A stretch of 63,800 bases of DNA, counting the filler, from Octopus bimaculoides (lineage: Eukaryota), in assembly GCF_001194135.2 (NCBI RefSeq). It is 6 parts of 6 records of this genome, joined end to end, with 100 filler letters (N's around TTAATTAATTAA, not from the genome) between each part and the next. Parts side by side here need not be neighbours in the genome. Positions count along the whole stretch, not along the records: positions 1 to 16,270 come from NC_068993.1; 5 more parts are not named here. One strand, 5' to 3'. Positions 1 to 10,479 of the stretch are shown here, piece after piece; position 1 is the first letter of the stretch, and each line of letters begins with the position of its first letter. The position numbers were made by a program, and so were the translations under genes. The notes beneath the pieces are model-generated. The model did not search any database and was not told where the DNA came from. It was given only the letters and a program-made list of their open reading frames with translations.

Positions 1-1
1 G

Positions 2-232
2 ATAAAGTGTAGTATATTGCCACTTAAGTGTGGCTGACGAAGGGAAATAACCCTGAAATCCGGATACGTTCGTGCTGCTGGTCGAGGTGAGAGGGATAAC
101 TCCCTTGGCAAACAGGACACAGTCGTGTGTCGATAAGCCAGCTGGAGGAGATGTCCTCCTGGGGCTAAAAGCAACAGTAACATCCACCCCTAGGGGTCAG
201 CCACACTTAAGTGGCAATATACTACACTTTAT
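2..232 (+). mobile_element. Short fold-back element with perfect 37-bp inverted arms and an internal hammerhead-like core (Penelope pLTR-like or MITE-like)
   Basis: 2-38 (ATAAAGTGTAGTATATTGCCACTTAAGTGTGGCTGAC) is the exact reverse complement of 196-232. TA occurs at both ends. The interior is homologous to 5410-5607. Confidence 0.75.
34..66 (+). ncRNA. Minimal hammerhead ribozyme core (stem I disrupted)
   Basis: CTGACGA(34-40), stem II AGGG/CCCT with loop AAATAA, GAAA(55-58), palindrome TCCGGA, triplet ATA. Only 1 bp of stem I can form. Confidence 0.5.
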
Positions 233-611
233 ATATATATATATATATACATACACATGTGCGTGTGTGTTTGTGTGTGTGTGTGCGTGTGTGTGTGAGT
301 GTGTGTGTGTATGTTTACCCGAGAATTACAATTTGTGATTTCGTCTATCTTTGTTTTCTTTTTTGTTTTAATCACGTACCTTTCACCCACCGTAGTTGAT
401 AATAGCTAGTCACGTACTCTTGTACAGTACCCCATTCAACTGGCCACTCAGCTGGCTTTTCGAATATTGTTCATGCTTTTAATCCAGCTCTGATTCACCT
501 GACTATGATCAAAGCAGGGCCGAGTATTAGTACTAACTCGGGTAGTCACTTATTAGGAGGCCCGTATTAGGGGGCACCGCTTCATATGTTTACCTATATA
601 TGTTGCCGTGA

Positions 612-925
612 AGCTGCATGACTAAGTGGTTAGGGTCCTCGGTTCCCGACCGTAAGGTCGTGAGTTTGATTCCTGGCAGCGCGTTGAGCCCTTGAGCAAA
701 ACAATTTATTTCATGTTGTTCCAGTTCAATCAGCTGACAAAAATGAATTGTACCTGTAATTCAAAGGGCCAGCCTTGTCACATTTTGTATCACACTGAGA
801 ACTACATTATGGGTACACGTGTCTGTGGAATGCTCAGTCACTTGCACGTTAATTTCACGAGCAGACTGTTCCGTTCATCGGACCAACTGGAACCCTTGTC
901 GTCGTAACCGACGAAGTACCAGTTT
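612..925 (+). mobile_element. tRNA-derived SINE (family B, CORE-like centre)
   Basis: tRNA-like head (AAGTGGTTAGGG...GTGAGTTTGATTCC). The 3' half is homologous to 18995-19281 (minus). Confidence 0.75.
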
Positions 926-936
926 CTATATGTTAC

Positions 937-977
<41 letters not shown>

Positions 978-1060
978 AGCTTTAGTAGTAACAAAAAATT
1001 ATAAAGGCATATATACGAACATATTTCTCTTCGTGACAAAAAACAGATTAAATTCTTTTG

Positions 1061-2353
1061 TATCTGGTCATCCCTTAAGTTCTGTCCGAATTTTGTATAA
1101 AGAAAACAAGTGATCAAATGTTATATTTAACTGAAATTTAATCATCAATGTACTTTCCCTGATTATCTATGACTTCCTTCCATCTATTTACAAGCTTTTT
1201 AATCCCATCAATGTAAAACTTTTTTGGTTTCAAAGCGAAGAACTCTGAAATGTCAGTTTCGACCTCCTCGTGGCTTGCGAAAGTGATGTCCCCCAAATGA
1301 TTCTGTAAACTACGAAATGGTAGTCTGAAGGAGCAAGGTCGAGAGAATAAGGTGGATGAGGAATTTTTTCCCAACCAAGCTCTTTGATCTTCTGTGATGC
1401 GATCTTTGCAGTGTGGAGTCGCGCATNNNNNNNNNNNNNNNNNNNNNNNNNNNNNNNNNNNNNNNNNNNNNNNNNNNNNNNNNNNNNNNNNNNNNNNNNN
1501 NNNNNNNNNNNNNNNNNNNNNNNNNNNNNNNNNNNNNNNNNNNNNNNNNNNNNNNNNNNNNNNNNNNNNNNNNNNNNNNNNNNNNNNNNNNNNNNNNNNN
1601 NNNNNNNNNNNNNNNNNNNNNNNNNNNNNNNNNNNNNNNNNNNNNNNNNNNNNNNNNNNNNNNNNNNNNNNNNNNNNNNNNNNNNNNNNNNNNNNNNNNN
1701 NNNNNNNNNNNCAGTCACAAGTCTATCCAAAAAGGGTGAAATGAGTTCGCGAGAATGGAGAGAAGAGCAGATGTCAACTCAGGATTTGCGGTTGTTTTCG
1801 GACAATTCATGAGGCATCCATTTTCCAAGTTTAGGAAACTTTCCAAGTTGTTGACGATGACGATAAACAGTTGTATGGTTTGAACTAAGCTTTATTGCCA
1901 CTTCTTCAACTGATAATGCAGGATTTTCTTCAAGTAATGCCCCAAGGAGCTTATCATCAAACCCAACTAGACGTCCGGTTCGATCTTCATCTTCAAGGCT
2001 GAAATCTCCACTTCTGAATTTTGCAAATCACCTTCTGCAAGTTCTTTTATTCAAGCATTCTTTCTCCTAAACTGAGTGTATGTTTCGAGTCGCTTCGGCT
2101 GCAAAGTTTCCTTTTTTGTACTCATAAAGCATTATGTGCTTCAAATGCCCTTTGGATACTTCCATGTTAGAAAGGGTTTTAATCAAAGAAATTTTAATTC
2201 TATTATTCTGTAAAATAATATTCAATTAGCTTAAATGTATACAAATGCATACAAATAATTTTTAATTCCATTAGACATTCTCAAATACTATTAAATTTCA
2301 TTCAATTTTAAAAAAAAGGTAAAATCGGACGGAACTTATGGGATGACCTGATA
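1061..2353 (-). mobile_element. Full-length degenerate mariner DNA transposon (~1.29 kb)
   Basis: Imperfect ~30-bp TIRs (TCTGGTCATCCCTTAAGTTCTGTCCGA at 1063 vs TCAGGTCATCCCATAAGTTCCGTCCGA on the minus strand at 2351), each flanked by TA. Confidence 0.92.
1138..2165 (-). pseudogene. Mariner transposase pseudogene
   Basis: MEVSKGHLKHIMLYEYKKG...FRSGDFSLEDEDRTGR...GKWMPHEL (WVPHEL motif)...DRLVT [gap] WEKIPHPPYSLDLAPSDYHF (YSPDL motif)...GIKKLVNRWKEVIDNQGKYIDD. It has in-frame stops and a frameshift. Confidence 0.92.
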
Positions 2354-2879
2354 AGTTTGTCATTGGAAAATAACACAAAAAGATAAATCTAGAAAGTGCT
2401 CTCAAAACATTTGTAGATCTAAAATCGAGAAAAAAATGTTTTAGTTTCGATAATGTATGTTTTTCAGTATCTGTTCTTTTGATCATATTCTTTAACTTAT
2501 TAGAAAAGAATTTTTTGCGTCTAACATGAAATCAACGGTATACCTTTCGATCTTGCTTTCACCTAACCATCCTCTATTCACAGACTGTAACAAAATTGTG
2601 CCGAGATCATTGGCACTACCATAGACGCATTCTCTCTCTCTTTCTCTCTCTCACTTTCTTTATTCCTTTCTTTTTTCTTTCTTTCTTCCTTTCTTTTTTC
2701 TTTCTTTCTTTCTTAGTTATATTAATTAAAAGATCAGAAAATTTGGTGTCATTTGAACTGTCCTCTTTAGTTTGGCAAAAAAACTACTGCTACATGAGTA
2801 GATTTTCTTTCTTTTGAAATTCTTGTGAAATCTTTTCCATAGGCACAGTACAAGTAAAATGTGTCATTCTTTATTCAGA

Positions 2880-3197
2880 CGGAAAATCAACCCCAGTACT
2901 TTTAAATCTGGTAATTATTCTATCTATTGCTTTTGTCGAACCGCTAAGTTATGGGGATGTAAACAAAGCAACTCCGGTTAACAAGCCGTGGTGGGAATAA
3001 ACACAGATACAAAGCCAGACACACGAATACATAAATGTCATTTATATGTTTGTATATGTATATGTATATATGAAGAGCTTCTACACGACATTGGTCGACC
3101 GGGGTTATAGTAGAGGACACTTTCGCAAGGTCCTGTGCTGTGGGACTGAACCGAAACTACCTGGCTGCAAACTGACCTTCTTAACAACATGGCCACT
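2880..3197 (-). mobile_element. Degenerate tRNA/CORE-type SINE (family C)
   Basis: Homologous to 35112-35518 (GGGACTGAACC, CTATAGTAGAAGACACTT, CCGCTAAGTTACGGGGA motifs). Confidence 0.65.
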
Positions 3198-3279
3198 ATG
3201 AAAAATCACCATTTTTGTCTTGTCTCGGTTTAATAAACAAATAGAAACTGGTAAGATATTAGTTTCAAATTTTGGCACA

Positions 3280-3475
3280 AGGCCAGTAATTTTGTGGGAG
3301 GGGGTAAGTTGCTTACATCTATCCCAGTGCTCAACTGGCATTTATTTCATCGATCCCGAAAGGATAAGAGGCAAAGTCATCTCCGGTGGCATGTGCACCC
3401 GGAACGGGATATCAGGGGAAAATGCTACTAAGCATTTTGTCTGACGCAGTAACAATTCTTCCATCACGCAGTCTT
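3280..3475 (-). mobile_element. tRNA-derived SINE (family A)
   Basis: Reverse complement of the family A core CCTTTCATCCTTTCGGGGTCGATAAAATAAGTACCAG and of the head TGGCAGAATCGTTAGC. Confidence 0.7.
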
Positions 3476-4454
3476 AGAAACTGGTAAAATATATTGGGGT
3501 AATTTTAATTAACGAAGAACGATGCTCCAGCATGGCCGCAGTCCAATGACACAAACAAGTAAAATAGCAAAAGAGTAAATTGGTCCCTTATTACAATAAT
3601 AAATAGCTTTAGAAAAAGAGACCGGAATCGGTAGAGCAACGGCAAATTTCCTTGCAGTATTTAGTTATAATTTTTTACCTTATGGGTTCAAGTGTTATCG
3701 ATGGTAAATTTCACTTTTCTTTAATAAAGTACCAAAACCTGGGTCGATGTAATCGTCTATACCCATCAACAAAATTTCTGGCTTTGTACCAACATTAGAA
3801 ATCAATATTTTCGTTGTTTTGATTAACGTCATTGAATTCTGGTATCGATCTCAACACTTTGATATGTTTGTTACCAAATTTCTCCTTCCTTGTAACAGAG
3901 TTGCAACCGCGCACATTCTTGAATTGTAAGAGCTCCAGAGTGTGTTGTTGCTGCTGCTGTTGTCAAAGGCCCCGGGTGAGCCCTGATTAAGCAGACTTGT
4001 GCCCAAAGCCTTCCTGACATGGCCATCCGTCTTTCTTATCTATCATGGACTACATTGTCCGATTCATCCTCATTTAACCTTTTGCTCGCCCTGTATATCA
4101 CATGCAATACACAAGACATAGGATCTTTTCTGTTTGGCTGCACCTGTGGAAATTTTAAAGTGTGGTTAAAATTTTAAAATTTGGTGTATTAATGTAATTT
4201 TCCATGCTGAATCTCAGAAAAAAATGTTTTTAAAGTTATAGAGATTTAAAGTTTGATACTTTTTATTCAGTCAGAAAACAGGACTTAGAAGCTATTATTT
4301 TGTACGTGACAGCACGTGTTGTCAGTTGTAAACAAATGAAGTATTGGCGGAATTCTGCATTACGCATTTTTTTGAATTTTCAGAAAGTTTTTGCGAATTT
4401 GTATTCTACACACGGGAATTCATACGATTATACAAAGACAAAAATAATAATAAC

Positions 4455-4526
<72 letters not shown>

Positions 4527-4995
4527 CATTCCCAATTTTTTCCAACTTCCAGAGTAACTTGGGACTTATGAAAGGAAGCCTTTATATTATGTAAAACGTG
4601 TGAAAGAAGAACAAACTGAAAGTTTGCATGAAAACAAATCTGGACGTTTGGGACAAATATCAAAATGCTTTGGACAAGTAAAGGGTTTGGTTGCTATTTC
4701 TAACTGGTCGATCAACCATCTAGAAGCTTCCGCATTCGCCCTTCATTTCATTTTCGGTTTCTTATCTGTTGGAAAACAGATACTGAATTGAAAAACAGGC
4801 ACTGAATCACGAAGCATTTTCCCCTCGTTCCACCTACAACTTCAACAGGTCAGGGGATTATTTGCATTCCTATTGTTGACACACGAAACTCCACTCCTAG
4901 CATATAGAAATTACTATTTAACGTGGAGGGTGTTGTGTTATAATGATTAGAAAATGACCTACATCAGAACTAAATAATATCCTTGTCTGAAGTTA

Positions 4996-5152
4996 AGCGG
5001 CGAGCTGGCAGAATCGATAGCCCACTGGGTAAAACGCTTGGCGGCATTTCGTCCGTCTTTACGTTATGAATGAAAATTCCGCAGAGGTTGGCATTACCTT
5101 TCATCCTTTCGGGGTCAATAAAATAAGTACTAGTTGAACACTGGGTTCGATG
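4996..5152 (+). mobile_element. tRNA-derived SINE (family A), 3'-truncated at the fold-back
   Basis: GCGGCGAGCTGGCAGAATCG head, then TTTCATCCTTTCGGGGTCAATAAAATAAGTAC core, ending at CTGGGTTCGATGTA. Confidence 0.8.
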
Positions 5153-5324
5153 TAAAGAGAAAAACAACTAGTTTTAAATCTCTGAGCGAGAAATATGTAG
5201 CAACAGTTCTGAGCAGTAAAGTCTATTTGCCAGGACTGCCACATAGTGTTGGCAAATAGACTTTACTGCTTAGTATTACATATTTCTCGCTCAGAGATTT
5301 AAAACTAGTTGTTTTTCTCTTTAC
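5152..5324. repeat. 173-bp fold-back palindrome
   Basis: 5152-5199 is the perfect reverse complement of 5277-5324 (48 bp). 5210-5232 pairs with 5250-5272 (1 mismatch). The central loop is 17 nt. Confidence 0.9.
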
Positions 5325-5989
5325 GGGATCAGCAACTGTGTGTCGCTTTAAACGTATATACTATGGGCAAGGTCGAGTAGCTGCCATCTCTAATCGGTGA
5401 TTGTCCTGTACCGAAGAAGAGAAATAACCCAGAAACTACAAGTATCGCTAAAGCTAGAACGGAAGCAATAAACTCCCTTGCTCATGGTATACGGATACAG
5501 ACTATGTATCGGCAGCCAACTGGAAAAGATTTTTTTCCAAGGGGTAAAAAGTAGTAACATCGTCCTTTGTAGGACTGCCACATTGTGTTGGCAAATAGAC
5601 ATTACTGACTGTATTGTTTCTTTCTCCTTATTTGTATTTTTGGGTTTCTTTTATTTTTATTGCATTGTTTATTCGTTAATGCCTTGACAAAATGTCAGAA
5701 TGTAGGATTACTGTTGAAATAATCGATTGATCATGTTCTGTGACCGGAACACTGCATGAATAAATACTGAGCGATAGCAAGCAAATAGCTGGGTTGATCT
5801 TCCGTCTGAAATGTCGACGATGGATACAATCGACTCTGGCGTTGCGAGGCCTCTTGAAGTAGACGTTTAACACCCTTCTCAACCAGACTATTTAGGTAAT
5901 AGTAATAGTAGTAGTAAAGGTGGTGGTGGTGGCGGTTGTAATAGTAGCAGTAGTAGTAGAGGTGGTGGTACTTGTAGTAGTAGTAGTAA

Positions 5990-6138
5990 TAGACCACCAC
6001 TGCTTGTCTGGTACTTATTTTATCGATTCCATAAGGATGAAAGGCAAAGTCGACTTCGGTGGCATTTGAACTCGGAACGTAAAGCCCTGACAAAAATACC
6101 TCTAAGCATTTTGTCCTGCGTGCTAACGATTCTGCCAC
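5990..6138 (-). mobile_element. tRNA-derived SINE (family A)
   Basis: GGATGAAAGGCAAAGTCGACTTCGGTGGCATTTGAACTC...GCTAACGATTCTGCC is the reverse complement of the family A core and head. Confidence 0.75.
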
Positions 6139-6221
6139 CGAGCACTACCTTTCATTAATAATGATAAAAAGAGCAAAAATGTCTTTATCCAAAACAGCGT
6201 TATCATTCTAACCTATAGATC

Positions 6222-6310
6222 AACGGTTTTCAACCTGTGGTCTGCGGACCGCTTGTGGTCCGCAAAGGTAATACTGGAGGTCTGTGAAGTAAATTCAAAA
6301 TTTCATATGT
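6222..6310 (+). mobile_element. Possible hAT-like non-autonomous element end
   Basis: CAACGGTTTTCAACCTGTGGTCTGCGGACCGCTTGTGGTCCGC resembles the CAGTGGTTTTCAACCT-type hAT termini with a subterminal hairpin. No partner end was found. Confidence 0.35.
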
Positions 6311-6974
6311 AGACACACACGCGCGCGCCAACACACATATATGTCTTAACATTTTAAAATTTTATATATGTATTTTTTCGTTTTTTTTTCCATTTAATTG
6401 TGTGAATGTGTACGTATGTAAATATATGTATATGTATGTGTATATTTTATATGTATATGGGTGTGCGTCTGTATATATGTGTATGCGTATATGTATGTAT
6501 ATGAGTGTAAGACTGTGTGCGGTGCATAAGTGCGACTTTCATGCACACGTCCCCTTCATTCATACGGATATGCATATGTTTGTATGTGTGTATATATAAG
6601 TACATACATGCACATATATGTTTGTGTGTGTATGTGAATGTTTATATACATGTTTGTGTCAGCGTGTACGTATGTAGACTTTATGAACGCAGGAGGTTTT
6701 ATGTCTATGTATTGTGAGAATATGGCTGCGTGTATTTTTTTTTGTTTCTCTTTTTCTACCTATTAGAGTAACTTCCCTTTTATTCAACGGTTTTTATTTT
6801 CAGAGCGTCTATTGCCATAAATAGTCGCCGAGAATGCATCGTAGCTCTCCGTCCCGACATCCGAAACTCCGAGTACTATAACGACAACTTACTGTTTGTC
6901 CTAAAATATACATATATAAATAATCCTCTACCTAATATCGAGGTCTCATTCTTTTCTTGTCACTTTTTATTATA

Positions 6975-7059
<85 letters not shown>

Positions 7060-7089
7060 TGATTATTATTATTATATATGTATATATAA

Positions 7090-7120
<31 letters not shown>

Positions 7121-8270
7121 NNNNNNNNNNNNNNNNNNNNNNNNNNNNNNNNNNNNNNNNNNNNNNNNNNNNNNNNNNNNNNNNNNNNNNNNNNNNNNNN
7201 NNNNNNNNNNNNNNNNNNNNNNNNNNNNNNNNNNNNNNNNNNNNNNNNNNNNNNNNNNNNNNNNNNNNNNNNNNNNNNNNNNNNNNNNNNNNNNNNNNNN
7301 NNNNNNNNNNNNNNNNNNNNNNNNNNNNNNNNNNNNNNNNNNNNNNNNNNNNNNNNNNNNNNNNNNNNNNNNNNNNNNNNNNNNNNNNNNNNNNNNNNNN
7401 NNNNNNNNNNNNNNNNNNNNNNNNNNNNNNNNNNNNNNNNNNNNNNNNNNNNNNNNNNNNNNNNNNNNNNNNNNNNNNNNNNNNNNNNNNNNNNNNNNNN
7501 NNNNNNNNNNNNNNNNNNNNNNNNNNNNNNNNNNNNNNNNNNNNNNNNNNNNNNNNNNNNNNNNNNNNNNNNNNNNNNNNNNNNNNNNNNNNNNNNNNNN
7601 NNNNNNNNNNNNNNNNNNNNNNNNNNNNNNNNNNNNNNNNNNNNNNNNNNNNNNNNNNNNNNNNNNNNNNNNNNNNNNNNNNNNNNNNNNNNNNNNNNNN
7701 NNNNNNNNNNNNNNNNNNNNNNNNNNNNNNNNNNNNNNNNNNNNNNNNNNNNNNNNNNNNNNNNNNNNNNNNNNNNNNNNNNNNNNNNNNNNNNNNNNNN
7801 NNNNNNNNNNNNNNNNNNNNNNNNNNNNNNNNNNNNNNNNNNNNNNNNNNNNNNNNNNNNNNNNNNNNNNNNNNNNNNNNNNNNNNNNNNNNNNNNNNNN
7901 NNNNNNNNNNNNNNNNNNNNNNNNNNNNNNNNNNNNNNNNNNNNNNNNNNNNNNNNNNNNNNNNNNNNNNNNNNNNNNNNNNNNNNNNNNNNNNNNNNNN
8001 NNTTTTTTTTGTATGATTGTGTATAGAGGAATATATTATTTTGTTTAAAAGAGTTCCAACACTGTCTGTTTTTTATGTTTTATTTATATTCCTGCAGAAC
8101 CAATGTGGGGTATAGAATATGGAATATACAATATATAATATGATATACAATATATAATATAAAATAAAATAAAATAAAAATGGATGGCACCATGAAAGAA
8201 AGTATTGAATGTAGATGAAATATTGAGTGTTCAATATAAAGGATCAAATATATAAATATAAATATATAAA

Positions 8271-8310
8271 GGCGACTCGAGTTTCAGGGCTATTTCCCTT
8301 CGTCATGGCC
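8271..8310 (-). ncRNA. Minimal type I hammerhead ribozyme candidate with GUC cleavage triplet
   Basis: The minus strand reads GGC-C(A)TGACGA-AGGG-AAATAG-CCCT-GAAA-CTCGAG-TC-GCC. Stem I is GGC/GCC, stem II AGGG/CCCT, stem III palindromic. There is one extra A in the CUGA core. Confidence 0.55.
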
Positions 8311-8429
8311 GGTATGACAGACTTTAACAGACTGTCTGTTAATAGTCTGTCCATAGCAGTTACTCAGCATTACCTGACACCTTTGGGTATTCTTGACATT
8401 ATTACCTCTTATAACCTATATATATGTAT

Positions 8430-8475
<46 letters not shown>

Positions 8476-9360
8476 GTATATATNNNNNNNNNNNNNNNNN
8501 NNNNNNNNNNNNNNNNNNNNNNNNNNNNNNNNNNNNNNNNNNNNNNNNNNNNNNNNNNNNNNNNNNNNNNNNNNNNNNNNNNNNNNNNNNNNNNNNNNNN
8601 NNNNNNNNNNNNNNNNNNNNNNNNNNNNNNNNNNNNNNNNNNNNNNNNNNNNNNNNNNNNNNNNNNNNNNNNNNNNNNNNNNNNNNNNNNNNNNNNNNNN
8701 NNNNNNNNNNNNNNNNNNNNNNNNNNNNNNNNNNNNNNNNNNNNNNNNNNNNNNNNNNNNNNNNNNNNNNNNNNNNNNNNNNNNNNNNNNNNNNNNNNNN
8801 NNNNNNNNNNNNNNNNNNNNNNNNNNNNNNNNNNNNNNNNNNNNNNNNNNNNNNNNNNNNNNNNNNNNNNNNNNNNNNNNNNNNNNNNNNNNNNNNNNNN
8901 NNNNNNNNNNNNNNNNNNNNNNNNNNNNNNNNNNNNNNNNNNNNNNNNNNNNNNNNNNNNNNNNNNNNNNNNNNNNNNNNNNNNNNNNNNNNNNNNNNNN
9001 NNNNNNNNNNNNNNNNNNNNNNNNNNNATATATATACATATATATACATATATATATATGTATATAAAATGAACTTGTATATATATATATATATATATAT
9101 ATATTTCGAAACGCGGAGTAGATGAAACAGGAACAACTGACGAAGGGGTATACTCTTTATGTTGCATGTCTCGTTTCTCTGTTTGTTTTGTTCGTTGTTC
9201 GAAAAATGTTCGTTTTCTATGTTTTCGTTTTTATGGTTTCGCTTCCCATTGTGTTTAACGCTTTTTTTTATGTCCTGTACCCATATATGCATTTATGTAT
9301 ACATATAGACGTAGGTATGTACATATATGTATAGATATACGCATATATTTATATATTATT

Positions 9361-9393
<33 letters not shown>

Positions 9394-9738
9394 ATGAACT
9401 TGTACACAATGTTCAGGTGAAACAACTAAAAGCAATAAATTGAACCCCGGCTGTATTCAGTTTATATAATTTTTTAAGCAAAAGTGACTGACTGCAGAAC
9501 AGTGAGTCAGTGATAGTAATGACCGCCAGCTTTCCCGTATCTTGTTTATTTATAGAAATATACAAGACGGTCTGCAAATGTTCATAGATCGTTATCTTAT
9601 CAACATGTTAGCTGGGAGAGGTTTTGGGAATGATATACATGACTCACCTAAAGAGGACTTTTATCTAACTATTCACTTAAGTAGTCAATATCGTTATTCA
9701 CAGCGACAAAATACCGAATATACTAATTAAAGCGCATC

Positions 9739-9907
9739 AGGACAATTACCCGCCCCGCTCATAGGACAATTACCCGCCCCGCTCATAGGACAATTACCCC
9801 CAAGGACAATTACTCCCCTTGGTTAATTACCCCCTCTCCGATATATTAAGAAGTTTTGGAGTTAATGTCCTTGGGGTTATTGTCCATGAGGGTTAAATGT
9901 TCTAGAC
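9739..9907. repeat. 24-bp tandem repeat and inverted motif cluster (DNA-transposon subterminal-repeat-like)
   Basis: AGGACAATTACCCGCCCCGCTCAT x2 plus shorter GGACAATTAC variants, followed by inverted versions (GAGTTAATGTCC, GGGGTTATTGTCC). Confidence 0.6.
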
Positions 9908-10104
9908 TTGATTAAAGTGATCTAAAACGATTCATCCACTAAACGCCACGTCTTATATGAACATCAATGGCCATTGTACCACCTCATTGAACCGACGTGG
10001 TGGCTCCTATGCAACCACTCGACTTGTTAGAAATAGCAGCCGCATCCTTCTCAGATTACATATCTCGATCTTTTATATAAACAAAAAAAAAGACTCGTTG
10101 GCTA

Positions 10105-10275
10105 GTGTGGGTCTTGAGTTCAAATTCCGCCGAGGTTGACTTTGCCTTTCATCCTTTCGGGGTCGATAAATTAAGTACCAGTTACGCACTGGGGTCGACG
10201 TAATCGACTTAATCCCTCAGTCTGTCCTTGTTTGTCCCCTCTATGTTTAGCCCCTTGTGGGCAATAAAGAAATTA
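10105..10275 (+). mobile_element. SINE family A, 5'-truncated
   Basis: GAGTTCAAATTCCGCCGAGGTTGACTTTGCCTTTCATCCTTTCGGGGTCGATAAATTAAGTACC...GGGCAATAAAGAAAT. Confidence 0.85.
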
Positions 10276-10479
10276 GTGTGGTCTTGGGTCCCATTCGTAC
10301 AAATAAAAAGGGTGGGGGTGATTACGGCTGGAGTACCACTGGTCTTAGATCTGCTCGACCAGCGCTTACCTGGGGCTATACTACAATAACTAGAATTCTA
10401 GTTAAACATACACGTTATGCTTAACAATGACTTAATCTAGGCGTAAGTAATTTTTTTAGTTGGTAGGGGTAGAAGCCCT

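Noticed and set aside
6804-6902. Good plus-strand acceptor followed by ASIAINSRRECIVALRPDIRNSEYYNDNL; also an 8-nt ag|GACAAACA|gtaagt micro-exon on the minus strand (6893-6900)
   Set aside because: There is no convincing donor on the plus strand, the micro-exon is not a multiple of 3, and both are compatible with chance.
9105-9170. GAAACGCG…CTGACGAAGGGG hammerhead-like words
   Set aside because: GAAA lies upstream of CUGACGA, no stem I hairpin forms and no stem II closure is possible. It is probably a repeat end but not a foldable ribozyme.
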